Positions 17,297-27,600 of a stretch of DNA of 47,142 nt are shown in pieces (position 1 is the stretch's first letter; each line of letters begins with the position of its first letter). The notes beneath the pieces were generated by a model. That model was not told the DNA's origin and did no database searches. It saw nothing but the letters and a program-made list of their open reading frames with translations. This DNA comes from Verrucomicrobiia bacterium. GTDB taxonomy: Bacteria > Verrucomicrobiota > Verrucomicrobiia > Palsa-1439. A program made the position numbers and the translations under genes. The DNA lies in assembly GCA_041476745.1 (NCBI GenBank), contig JBGOTY010000001.1, forward strand, positions 1 through 47,142, read 5' to 3'.

Positions 17297-20200
17297 CTAC
17301 GGCACCAGCCGAATCCGATAAAAGCGGGATGGAACATTCGTTGCGGCCCCGCCATCCACATAGTTGGTCGTTACATCCCCAATTCCCAAGATGATGAGCG
17401 GCCCGCTCAGATCCGAGAAGTTCGTCGTGTAACCGCCATTTGCATCCGCCGGCGCGGCCTGCACGGCATTCGTGAACCCGCCCGCCGTCGTCCACGTGAT
17501 CACCACGTCGTTGCTTTGTTGAGCCGCGCAGACGATCCGAAACGCCGAGGCCGTGTTGGTCGGGTTCGTGCCCGACAGGAACTCCGCCAGGTTGTTCTGG
17601 CCATCGCCGTCCGGGTCCGCGTTGGGATCGGCATTGGGATTGTTCGTCGAGTTGAAGTACAGTGTCTGCCACTGTTGGAACGCAGTCAACGGGGGCGTGA
17701 CCACGGGCGTTACGTGCACACCGAAAGCATTGGTCCGGGTGCTGCCATCAGCGTCGGTGACTGCGAAGGAAAAACCACCCAATCCGTTGGTGCCCGGCGT
17801 CGGCGTAAACTGCGCGGTCTTGCCATCTCCGAGTATGGCGACCGTTCCGAGCATCGGGCTGAACACCGAGTATATGGCTAGATTCGTGAAACCGAGGGCG
17901 TACTGGCTCAGGTCGACACTAACCGATGAATCTTGCGCGCAAGTCACGTGCGGCGCAGCCAGCCAGTTCAGGTAATCCTCCAGGTTCGAATAGCCATCGC
18001 CATCCGGGTCGGCGTTGCTGTCGGAGAAATCGCCCGGCGCCGAGTTGGGGTTGGTGCCGTGCAGCACTTCCCACCAATCGGGCAAGCCGTCGTGATCGGA
18101 ATCCGCATCGACGTTGTAGGTGTTATACTGCGGCCAGGGATAATTCGGCGAATTCGTGGCAACGTCGTGGACATCGGTCGGCGAATCGATGATGCCGGGA
18201 CGGTTGGGTCCAACCTGACTCGGTTGGAAGACTCCGTTGATAGTGTAGGTCGGACCATTGGTGCCGATGTAGTGGACCGTCTTGTTGAGGGTTTCCCGGA
18301 TAATGCGTTGGTCAATCACATCCGCAGCGGGAAGATTGCAGCCGACATCCGACAACACGCTCTTGAACGCATCGCGGGCGGTCTGAGTCGTCACATACGG
18401 CGGAAAAACCTCCACATTGGTTCGCACACTTGCCAACTGGTTGGAGTTGGCATAGCTGTCGCTTCCGTTCGAGACGTACACGGCGGTACCAAACTGCCAG
18501 TTGTTGGAGCCGTAGTTCTGGCCCTCCATGACATTGCCGTCGAAGAAATATGATTCTGTCCCCCAGACGGGATTGATGGCATCGAGCCGGAACAACCACT
18601 TCACAACGTACGAGGCGTTGGTGTAGGGCTTGTAGTAGTTGTTGACGTAGTTGGCCCGCTGCACGCCGCCGTCGGTGGTGCGCGAGGTCCAGTTGTACAC
18701 GACGTTGTTGCGGAGATCGAGCGAGCCGGCGTAGTGGGAGCTTTGATCCAGCCCGCCGGCCAGACTCCAGTTCCGGCCCGTGCAATGGGCGATAAGGTTG
18801 TGGTGATAGCTGCCAATCTCGCCGCTAATCGAGCCGGCAAACGAATGGGGTTGATAGCACTGCGTGCAGCCATTCGTCGCTCGCTGGGCATCGTCGTAAT
18901 GGTACGAATGATCCAGGGCTTCGGAAATGATGTTGCGCTGGAACGTAATGTTCGCCGAGCCGCTACCAACCGCCCCGCTCTGACGCGAGCTGGTCGATTC
19001 GTCAATCGTCCAACCGATTGTGCAGTGGTCGATAATGGAATCGCTCGAGTTGCCGAGCCCAATCCCGTCCATCGACTGCTGGCTGGCTTCGCCAAGCCGT
19101 AGCCGGATGAACCGCATGATCACGTCACTGCAACTGCTCATCCCCGCCCGCCAGTTGCTCAGGCAAATGCCATCTCCCGGGGCGGTCTGGCCGGCTATGG
19201 TGAGATAACCGTTGGGGTTGTTGATCGTGCACGGTCGCTTGAGCTTGATCAGACCGGACGCGCGAAATACGACAGTTCGCGGACCCGTAGATTCAATGGC
19301 GGCGCGGTAACTTCCGGGAATGACCGCTTCACCCAAGGTGGTGTCATAATCGTTCGTGTTTGTAACCTCAATCACCACTCCGCCGCGCCCCCCGCGCGCG
19401 AAGCGTCCGTATCCTTCCGCGCCCGGAAACGCGAGATGACGGGTGCGGAACCGCCAAACATCGCCTTTGGCCACGGTGTTGGTTATGTCCACCTCGTCGA
19501 CGCGCCAATAGTACGTCAGGGCGCTGTCGAGATTCGTGGCCGTGTTCCAACTATTCGTCGTGAAGCTGCCCTTGAACTCGGGCGAGGCGCGGGTCGCCGT
19601 ATTGACGGAATTGCTGCTTGTCCCAAAATAAACATCGTTCGTGACAGCAGCCACAGAGGGGATCCAACTGAGCGTGGTGTAGCCGGTTCCAGCCGAAGCG
19701 GGAATGGGGTCGTCATTATGTGCGAAGACGTGCTCATCGCCGTCACCAGGAACGGCCCCCACAGACGTGGAGCCGGGGAATTTACCGTCGATCTCAAAAC
19801 CGTTGAGCATGACAAAATCCAGGTTGTTCGTGCTGCTATGGTCGGGATCAAAACTAACCTCCATGGGCTGGTCGGCAACTGCCGTGACGGGAAAGTAGGC
19901 AAAACCACACTTGTAATCATTGGTCGCGTAATAGGATGGCGTGTTGGTATACAGCGGAACGCCATCCACACTGACCACACAATGGCTCATGAAATGATTG
20001 GTTCCGTGCCAAAGGGGGTTGGTGTTGACATGATTGCCATACACGTCATTGTGGTACGTAGTGATCGTGTGCGCGCCAGGAGAAAGGTTGGAAATGATCA
20101 AACAAAAAGCGCCACCGTTCGTGTAGGGGATGGTGACGGGAGAAGTATACTGCACCCACATCGCATCCTCCGACAGCCGGTAGCCAACATTGGGGTCGCT

Positions 20201-20518
20201 GCTACTCGAGCTATCATCGCCATCCTTGTTACCCCAATCGGCCCTGAAGCCCGTACTCGCCGTACCGAATACTGGAACAGTCTGGGAGACCGTGCACGAG
20301 ATAATGCGGCCGACGACATTGGTAAAATTGCGCGTGGCTTTCTGATTAGCCACATCAGGCCATGGCAGAAACCCTGGCTTGGTGGAATTCGCCTTTGCTT
20401 CGCCATTCTTGTTGATATCGACCTGCAACAATTCGGGTTCCGCGTGCGAGAGTTGTGACGCAAAACACGCCAGAGCAACAATGCCAAACGTCAGGTATTT
20501 CTTTTGCATCGCTCTCAT
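17297..20518 (-). CDS. multidomain secreted pectate lyase (PL1-like): unknown N-terminal domain, WRVDEV-type beta domain, PL1 catalytic domain, TSP3-like Ca-binding repeats, conserved C-terminal RFYRIRLVP module
   Basis: 1073 aa. Signal peptide ...ACFASQLSHA. HLAFPGAEGYGRFARGGRGG...YLTIAGQTAPGDGI...IRLRLG...DGIGLGNSSDSIIDHCTIGW is characteristic of PL1 pectate lyases (about nt 18329..19441). DADSDHDGLPDWWE and ADPDGDGYSNLEDYL. C-terminal module at nt 17300..17707. Confidence 0.9.
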   Translation of the reverse strand: MRAMQKKYLTFGIVALACFASQLSHAEPELLQVDINKNGEAKANSTKPGFLPWPDVANQKATRNFTNVVGRIISCTVSQTVPVFGTASTGFRADWGNKDGDDSSSSSDPNVGYRLSEDAMWVQYTSPVTIPYTNGGAFCLIISNLSPGAHTITTYHNDVYGNHVNTNPLWHGTNHFMSHCVVSVDGVPLYTNTPSYYATNDYKCGFAYFPVTAVADQPMEVSFDPDHSSTNNLDFVMLNGFEIDGKFPGSTSVGAVPGDGDEHVFAHNDDPIPASAGTGYTTLSWIPSVAAVTNDVYFGTSSNSVNTATRASPEFKGSFTTNSWNTATNLDSALTYYWRVDEVDITNTVAKGDVWRFRTRHLAFPGAEGYGRFARGGRGGVVIEVTNTNDYDTTLGEAVIPGSYRAAIESTGPRTVVFRASGLIKLKRPCTINNPNGYLTIAGQTAPGDGICLSNWRAGMSSCSDVIMRFIRLRLGEASQQSMDGIGLGNSSDSIIDHCTIGWTIDESTSSRQSGAVGSGSANITFQRNIISEALDHSYHYDDAQRATNGCTQCYQPHSFAGSISGEIGSYHHNLIAHCTGRNWSLAGGLDQSSHYAGSLDLRNNVVYNWTSRTTDGGVQRANYVNNYYKPYTNASYVVKWLFRLDAINPVWGTESYFFDGNVMEGQNYGSNNWQFGTAVYVSNGSDSYANSNQLASVRTNVEVFPPYVTTQTARDAFKSVLSDVGCNLPAADVIDQRIIRETLNKTVHYIGTNGPTYTINGVFQPSQVGPNRPGIIDSPTDVHDVATNSPNYPWPQYNTYNVDADSDHDGLPDWWEVLHGTNPNSAPGDFSDSNADPDGDGYSNLEDYLNWLAAPHVTCAQDSSVSVDLSQYALGFTNLAIYSVFSPMLGTVAILGDGKTAQFTPTPGTNGLGGFSFAVTDADGSTRTNAFGVHVTPVVTPPLTAFQQWQTLYFNSTNNPNADPNADPDGDGQNNLAEFLSGTNPTNTASAFRIVCAAQQSNDVVITWTTAGGFTNAVQAAPADANGGYTTNFSDLSGPLIILGIGDVTTNYVDGGAATNVPSRFYRIRLVP

Positions 20519-20521
20519 CCC

Positions 20522-23500
20522 CTAGGGCACGAGCCGGATACGGTAATAACGCGACGGACTGTTGGTCGCGCCGCCGTTGTCGACGTAATTGGTCGTCGCA
20601 TCTCCGCTGCCGGAGATGATAACCGGGCTGCTGATATCCGTGAAGTTGGTCGTGTAGCCGCCGTTCCCACCGCCCGCCGTCGCTTGCACAGCGTTGGTAA
20701 ACCCGCCAGTCGTCGTCCATGTGATCATCACATCATTGTTTTCCCGCAACGCGGAGACAATCCGCAGCCCCGATGCGCTATTCGTCGGATTGGTCCCCGA
20801 GAGGAACTCCGCCAAGTTGTTCTGACCATCGCCATCAGGATCCGCGTTGGGATCGGCGTTGGCGTTGGTCGTCGACCCGAAGTACAGGACCTGCCATTGC
20901 TGGAATGCGGTCAGCGGCGGCGTGACGACCAGGTTCAACTGTCCCGGCGTGCTCGTGTCGATCGCGTATACGTGGCCGGTTGGCGCCGTACCGATGCTGA
21001 CCCCGTTGTATGTCAGTGTGCCGCCGTAGGTGAACAGCGTGTACGTGTTGTTGGTGAAACCACCGGCATCGGTGACGTTGAGCGTGCCTCCCAGGGTCAG
21101 ATTGCCGCTCACCATCGTCCGATCGCTGTTTGCGCCCAACTCGTATTGCAACACTGTGTTGCTATTGATGATCACATTATTGCTAATCGTCAGTGTGCCG
21201 GGACTATTGCCGGGCGCCTCCGTGCCGTTCACAGTCACCGGTCCGACAATGATACCACCGCCACCCAGTGCCGCGCCGCTGACGACCGTGACCGCGCCGA
21301 CGCCCGTTCCGCTGCCGGTAGTGTTATTGACCAGAAGCGTGCCACTGTTGGAGACAACGAGCGGCCCACTAAAGCCCAAGCTATCACCTCGCAGCGTCAG
21401 CTGGCTGTTCGCCGGCAGGTTAAGAGTCAGCGCACCGGAACCGCTGAACACACCCTTGAATGTGTTGCTACCACTGGTGAGGGCCAGCGTACTGGCGGAA
21501 GACACATTGAGGCCGTTGGAGAAAGTCACGGAGGTCTGGCTGAACGTCAGGGTGCTGCCGCCGAGCGTGATCGGACCGCTGCCGAGCATGTTGGTATCGG
21601 TGATCGTAGCCTGCGTGTTGAAGAAGCTCAGGTTGTTGTTGGTCCCCGCCTTCACCAAGCCGCCCAACGTCACGACATTGACGGCCGGTGCCGAGTTCGA
21701 GACCACGACTTCCGCATTATAAAGCGTCAGCGTGTTGGTGCTGCTGGGCGCAGTGAGATTGGAGTCGATGATCCGAATACTCCGTGCGTTATAGATGTCA
21801 AAAGTCTTGGTGGGGGCCGTAAAATTCACGTTGTACAGAGTGACGTTGGAAACGACCATCTCCTGGCGTCCCCACAGGATGCCCGCGATATTATTGCCCG
21901 CGGTTGCTGTCACCGTGAGATTGCTGAAGAGGATGTTGCGCCAGATGGGCGTATTATCAACAATCGGTTGGGCTGCGAACGCGGCGGCGTTGGACGGAGT
22001 GATATTGTTGGGCGTCCCGATGGAGTCGTAGAAACTGTAAACAATGATCGGGTAATCCACATTGGTCATCGTGATGTCGATGTACCGGAGGTTCTCGACC
22101 AGCCCGCCGATGTCCCGGTCGGATTTCAGACGGATCCCGTTATCCGTGCCATTGAACGTGCAATTGCTAACCAGCAAATCATGCACCCCGCGTTGCGTGG
22201 GACTGCCGATGGACACGCCATGCCCGGTGCCGAAAGTGCAATTCGAGACGGTCATGTCCGCCACGGTAGCCGCGCTGCTTCCCATCTGAATATTGTCGTC
22301 CCCGACACTGATGAAACAGTTTTGGACCAAAACGTTGGTCGAGCCCACGTCCATACCGTCCGTATTGGGTGAATTCCCCGGGGTGTTTTCCGTGATGTTT
22401 TGAATGGTCAAACTCACGTTGTTACCCTTGAGCAGCATATGAAACACCGGCGGGTTCTGCAGCGTCACACCCTGAATCAGAACGCGGGTGCAACCGCTGA
22501 AGTCGATCATGTGCGGGCGCAGCGATTCGTCGAGTGTGGGGGATTGCCACCAATTCGTGGAGCCGAAGCCAGCATTCCCATCGATGGTTCCCGATCCGCT
22601 GATTTCGATATCGTTTTGGCCGGATGCACTGATGAATGGCGGCAGACTCGGGCTGGGCCAGTTGGTAACGGTGGCGGTGGCGACACGCGGGAGCATTTTC
22701 AGCGTCGCACCGCTGTCGATCTCCAGATTGATGCTGCTGGAAAAGATGATCGGACCACTCAGGTACGTGCTGAGTGTGCCCGCCGCCGGCACGATGACGG
22801 TACCGCCGCCGGCCCCGGCTGCAGTATTGATCGCGCTTTGAATTGCCGCGGCATTGTTCGAAATACCGTCCCCCAGCCCACCGAAGTCCAGGATGTTGAA
22901 GGTGTTGGTGGGAATCACCGGCAGCGGCGGCGTCCGGGGTAGCACCGTAAGAGTTGCGTTCGAACTGGAAGTCGAGCCGGCTGCATTGCTCGCGATAAGG
23001 GTATAGGTACCCGCGTCAGTCAATTGGAGGTTGGGCAGGTTTACCGTGGTGGAAGTGGCGCCGGCAATCGGCGCCCCATTGGCATTCCACTGGTAGGCGA
23101 TCGGCTGAGTCCCGATGGCGGCTCCGCTGAAGTTGGCCTTGTCGCCAACCCGCGCGGTAAGCGCGGCCGGTTGCAAGATGAATATCGGCGCCACGGGATT
23201 GGTATTGACGGTCAGGACGGCGTTGGAGCTGGCGGCGGTGCCGATCGGATTGCTGACGATGACGGAATAAATGCCCGCGTCGCCGGGTTGCACGTTGGAA
23301 ATCGTCAAGGTGCTGGACGTGGCATTCGTCAGCAGCGAATTCGTGTTGTAGTACCACTGATAACTCAATGGTTCACTGCCGACGGCCACAACGCTGAATG
23401 CGGTGGGTTGCGTCGGAATGACGGTCAGGTCTTGCGGTTGGGTAGTAATTGTCGGAGCGGCTTCGGACACCGTCAAGTTCGCCACCGCGCTTGTCGCCGA

Positions 23501-24661
23501 GCCGGAGAAATTCGTCACGATGACAAAGTAGCTCCCGACGTCCGTCAGTTGGACGTTCGTGAGCGTCAACGAGGGATTGGCGACGGGCGTGTGCGCGGGC
23601 GGGAAATTGACGGTGGAGGCAGCGCCGACGGGTGTGTTCGTGTCATTGAAATACCATTGGTAGCTCAGTGGCAACGTACCATTGACGACCGCGCTGAACG
23701 TGGCGGTCTGCCCCGAAGAAAGCGCCTCGTCTTGCGGTCCCGTGAGAATCGCAGGAGCCACGGGCGCCGAAGTCACCTCGACCTTTACCTCTTGGAACAG
23801 GTTGGTGGCGGGCGCCTGCGAGTTATTGGCCGGACGAAACTCGATCGTGTCGAAGCTGAAATTGGTCGCCACATTGTCGGCTGTGGAGAGGGAAAGCGTC
23901 GCGCCGTTGGCGAGGTTCGACCAGGTCATGGCAATCGCCATAGAACTCAGATTCGTGCGTTGCAGAAGGATCTGGAACGTGTATTGCGTCAGGTTGCTGA
24001 AACCGGCAAACGTATTGGTGAGGCCGCCTTTGGCCAACGAAGTGTAGTCGGCACTGGCGCCCAGCAGGGAAGCGTCCGCGATATTGGTGCGTTTGCGAAT
24101 GTCAATCGGCTGGTTGTCAGCGAAGGCCCCATACATCTTCTGGAACAACGCATATCCTTCCACGAACGTTCCCTGGCCACCGCTGCTGAACGGAGACCCG
24201 TCCGCGGTCACCCGCTTGGGGACGTTGCTTCCGTCAGCGGAATCGAACAAGCCAATCTTGAAGCCCTGCGAACTGCTGCCAACCGGTGGTACTCCATTGA
24301 ACGTGAATCGGAAGGTCGCGGCCAACGTGTCCCCGACATTCAATTGCACGGGAGGCGTGTTGCTGTTGGCAGTGAAGTAGGTAATGCCCGCGCCGGAGCT
24401 TGCGCCGACGACCATGCGCAGCGCACCGCCCGAAACACTCAAGGACCCTGTGCTCGACGCAAACCACGCCGACCTTGTTGGCAGACTCTGGGTTCTGCGT
24501 GTGGCCGTTGTCCAAGCCGTCTGGTCAAGTAGAACGGTGGCGCGAACGGGCAAAGCCAGGCCAACCAGGGCTGCGAGAATAAGAACAGCTTTATGTCGGC
24601 ACTCCGCTTTTATGCTCGCGTCTCCATCTCTGTTCTCGAGGGAATCAAGGTGTCGGCTCAA
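20522..24661 (-). CDS. giant secreted protein: unknown N-terminal jelly-roll-like domain, 3 Ig-like repeats, GH28 polygalacturonase domain, autotransporter-associated beta-strand (PATR) repeats, conserved C-terminal RYYRIRLVP module
   Basis: 1379 aa. Ig repeats (PLSYQWY.N.., PIAYQWNANG; nt ~22937..23764). GH28 blocks NTDGMDV, GDDNIQMG, GHGVSIGS and GIRLKSDRDIGG (nt ~21782..22909). PATR-like LTLGGSTLTF...GALTLNL...GTLLVNN...APGNSPGTLTISNN...GGTLNV (nt ~20942..21664). C-terminal module at nt 20525..20929. The ATG at 24661 overlaps the upstream stop by 17 nt, so the true start may lie slightly downstream. Confidence 0.9.
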   Translation of the reverse strand: MSRHLDSLENRDGDASIKAECRHKAVLILAALVGLALPVRATVLLDQTAWTTATRRTQSLPTRSAWFASSTGSLSVSGGALRMVVGASSGAGITYFTANSNTPPVQLNVGDTLAATFRFTFNGVPPVGSSSQGFKIGLFDSADGSNVPKRVTADGSPFSSGGQGTFVEGYALFQKMYGAFADNQPIDIRKRTNIADASLLGASADYTSLAKGGLTNTFAGFSNLTQYTFQILLQRTNLSSMAIAMTWSNLANGATLSLSTADNVATNFSFDTIEFRPANNSQAPATNLFQEVKVEVTSAPVAPAILTGPQDEALSSGQTATFSAVVNGTLPLSYQWYFNDTNTPVGAASTVNFPPAHTPVANPSLTLTNVQLTDVGSYFVIVTNFSGSATSAVANLTVSEAAPTITTQPQDLTVIPTQPTAFSVVAVGSEPLSYQWYYNTNSLLTNATSSTLTISNVQPGDAGIYSVIVSNPIGTAASSNAVLTVNTNPVAPIFILQPAALTARVGDKANFSGAAIGTQPIAYQWNANGAPIAGATSTTVNLPNLQLTDAGTYTLIASNAAGSTSSSNATLTVLPRTPPLPVIPTNTFNILDFGGLGDGISNNAAAIQSAINTAAGAGGGTVIVPAAGTLSTYLSGPIIFSSSINLEIDSGATLKMLPRVATATVTNWPSPSLPPFISASGQNDIEISGSGTIDGNAGFGSTNWWQSPTLDESLRPHMIDFSGCTRVLIQGVTLQNPPVFHMLLKGNNVSLTIQNITENTPGNSPNTDGMDVGSTNVLVQNCFISVGDDNIQMGSSAATVADMTVSNCTFGTGHGVSIGSPTQRGVHDLLVSNCTFNGTDNGIRLKSDRDIGGLVENLRYIDITMTNVDYPIIVYSFYDSIGTPNNITPSNAAAFAAQPIVDNTPIWRNILFSNLTVTATAGNNIAGILWGRQEMVVSNVTLYNVNFTAPTKTFDIYNARSIRIIDSNLTAPSSTNTLTLYNAEVVVSNSAPAVNVVTLGGLVKAGTNNNLSFFNTQATITDTNMLGSGPITLGGSTLTFSQTSVTFSNGLNVSSASTLALTSGSNTFKGVFSGSGALTLNLPANSQLTLRGDSLGFSGPLVVSNSGTLLVNNTTGSGTGVGAVTVVSGAALGGGGIIVGPVTVNGTEAPGNSPGTLTISNNVIINSNTVLQYELGANSDRTMVSGNLTLGGTLNVTDAGGFTNNTYTLFTYGGTLTYNGVSIGTAPTGHVYAIDTSTPGQLNLVVTPPLTAFQQWQVLYFGSTTNANADPNADPDGDGQNNLAEFLSGTNPTNSASGLRIVSALRENNDVMITWTTTGGFTNAVQATAGGGNGGYTTNFTDISSPVIISGSGDATTNYVDNGGATNSPSRYYRIRLVP

Positions 24662-27600
24662 AAATCACAAACCCGCTGGCGCTGTTCCCGAGGAAGTATC
24701 CGGCTCCCGTGCCATCCGGTTGCAGCACCAACCCGTTGAAATTCACCGTTTTGCCCAGCACCGGATGCGTGAAACTCCCGCTGAACTGTCCCGTCCTGGT
24801 CTGGATTTTCATCTGCAGGTTCTCCGTGTTCGGCGGCGGGACGATCACCGCCCCGACATCCGTGACCTGCACCGTCTCCACGATGCTACTGGCCAGATTG
24901 CCACCGCCCAAGGTCACCTGTCGATTCCCTGCGGCACTCGGCCCGCTCTCCGTCGGCGAGAGGTACCTCTCCCCCAGCAACGTCACGTTGGTCGTGAAGC
25001 CAGCCGGGAAATAGTGCGAACTTGACATCCGGGGTCGGAACCAGTCCACCGTCGCTCCGACCGAACTGTTGGTCCCGAACGTCATCCACCCGATCGACGC
25101 GCCCTGGCTGTTGTACAGCGCTTGGTACAGCGGGAACGTGCCATGCTTGGACAACGGCACCCGAATGTTGATCTTCGTTCCATCCGCCAGCACCCCGCTC
25201 ATGCGCCCGAGTCCGGTGGGCGTGACCTTCAAGATTCCGTAACCGAATCCTTCCGGAAGGCTCGGGTCGTTCCCCTCGGGCGGTTGTAGCACCACCGTAA
25301 AGCTGCCGGCCAACGGGCAGCGAGCGATGGCGCTGAATACCTGACGGTCCGCCAGCACCTCCGAGGTGAACCCGTCCACAGAGATGCTCCCGCGGATCTG
25401 GTCGGTGCCTTCGGTCAGGTCCAGATGCAGGATCACCCGCAAGGAATTCAGCCCGATGCGTGTCACCAGATTCGTCGCATTGCCGGAAGCATCAAACTGT
25501 CCCTTGAAGACGCTGCGCACTCCCCCCAGGCTCAGGCTGGCGGCAAACGGCCCATTCTTGCTGACCAGCAGTTTGATCGACCCCGAACTGGCATGGGAGG
25601 GCGCATTGGTTTGGATCGCCAGGCCGTTGTACCGACCCAACGCTGGTACCGCTGTGACGAACGTCTGGGCACAGGCATCGGCGCTGGGCGCCGACACATG
25701 CCCGAGTTCATCCTGGGCGGCGACGGCGTAGCAATACACCGTTTTGGCCGCCAGACCGCTGTCGGAATACTTGGTGTTGGCCGTTGTCCCAATCAGCTCG
25801 CCGTCACGGAACACCCGGTAGCTGGCCAGACCCGAGCCACCATCATGGGACAGTCCGCTATCGCTGGAGGCGCTCCAACTCAGATCGATCCGGTTGGTGG
25901 CAATGGTCCTGGCCGTAAGCCCGACCGGCACCGACGGTGGATTGTTGTCCACGATCACGCAGTTGGTGGCGGAACTGCCCACGTTACCCGCGGGGTCATA
26001 CGCCCTGGCGTAAAAGCAGTGAGAACCGTCGGCCACGGTGGTCGTGTTGAAGTTCACACTGTACGGTGGCGTAGTGACGGTACCCAGCAGAAGGTTACCG
26101 TCCCGGTAGAGCTCCACCTTCGTGACGGCGACATCATCCGTCGCGGTCGCGCTGACAGCCACGGTGCCGCTCACGACGCCGGAGGCCGGCGCGGTCAGTA
26201 CGACAGTCGGAGCGGTGGTGTCGCCAGCCTGAGTCACCGTGAAGGTCTGTCCAGCAATGGTCATCGTCCCCACGCGCGGACTGCTGGTACTGCCGTTTGG
26301 CAGGACGGTGTAGGCGACAGCGGCATTGCCGGTGGCGCTGACGCTGCCACCGGTAATCTGGATCCAACTGTCGTTGCTGACGGCGGTCCACGGGCAGGTA
26401 TCCGCTGTGGCTACAGCCACGCTACCAGTCCCACCCGTGTCGCCGAGGCTCGCGTTCGTCGCGGAGAGCGTGTAGCCGCAAGTGACCGTGATGTAATTGA
26501 CCTGCGTGTTGGTGCTCGATCCACCGGGACCGCTGACGATTTCCGTTACGCTATAAACGCCTCCTGTGTTGTAGGTGTAGAGCACGCTGTTGGTCGTAAC
26601 ATTGGTCGTGCCGCCGTCGCCGAAGCTCCAGAACCAATTGGTGATAGGACCGCTGGACGTGTCCGTAAAGGTCACGGTCAGCGGGACTGCGCCGCTGGTC
26701 GGACTGCCGATAAAACTGGCCACTGGTGCAGCCACGGGGACTGGGATGGTGTAATCGGCCACAATCGGCAGGTGATCACTGGCGGTGCTGAGGTCCTGGT
26801 AAAGCTGCGCGGCGCTGATCGGCGCACCCGCGACAAGATTGTTGCTTAGCGATGTATTCGAACCGGAGTTCACGCTGCCGAAGTAAGGAGTCGTCCCATT
26901 GTTCCCAAACGCATGATACGTACCGGGAACGTACGCCAGCCCACCGGCCACGCCGTAAAAAACATTACTCGTCATGACCTGCAAATCGTCCCGGAAGCGA
27001 AGGTCGTTGGCCGATTCGGTTTCCGCCGCCAGAATGGCCGGATCCGTAGTACTCGTACCCCAATTGATGTTCGTAGCGCCCGACAGGTTGAGCGGGTCGA
27101 AACCCTGGCCTTGCGCCACGCCGTTGGGCGCGCTGTTCGAGAGAATTGTTTGGTACGATGGTTCGCCGCTGCTGGTGATGTTGAAGTCGCCCACGTAAAG
27201 CACCCGGGCGTCGACGGGCAGGCTGCTAGCTTCGTCATTGCGGATGATCACGGCTTCGCCAGCGCGTTTGGCGATGTTGGTAACACCCACGCCGGATTTG
27301 TAGTGGCTCACATAGACGTAAAACTCGTTCGCTGCCGCCGGTGTCACGCCCGCCGGCGCAAACTCGTACCGCATCACCTCGCGATACTCGCCACTGGTCG
27401 CGCCCAGGCAGTTGGTGCCGCAAGCCGGATCCACCGGGACAGAAGCGAGAAGCTGCACGGTCTTCGTGTTGTAGACCATCGCGTTTGGGCCGTTCCCACT
27501 GGCGAGGAAGCCGCCGCTCTCCGTAGCCTGGTAGGGGCTCATCGCATACATGTTGGTCGCGGCCGGATCCAACATGCTATAGAAAGCATTCAGGCCATCC

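Noticed and set aside
20504-22372. 622-aa + strand ORF, and similar long + strand ORFs at 17933..18553, 19436..20458, 23024..24532, 25425..26849, 26913..27914 and 28998..30062
   Set aside because: All are antisense to minus-strand genes with clear GH28, PL1, EEP or Ig motifs. Their translations are Arg/Gly/Asp/His-biased and low-complexity, with no signal peptides or motifs.
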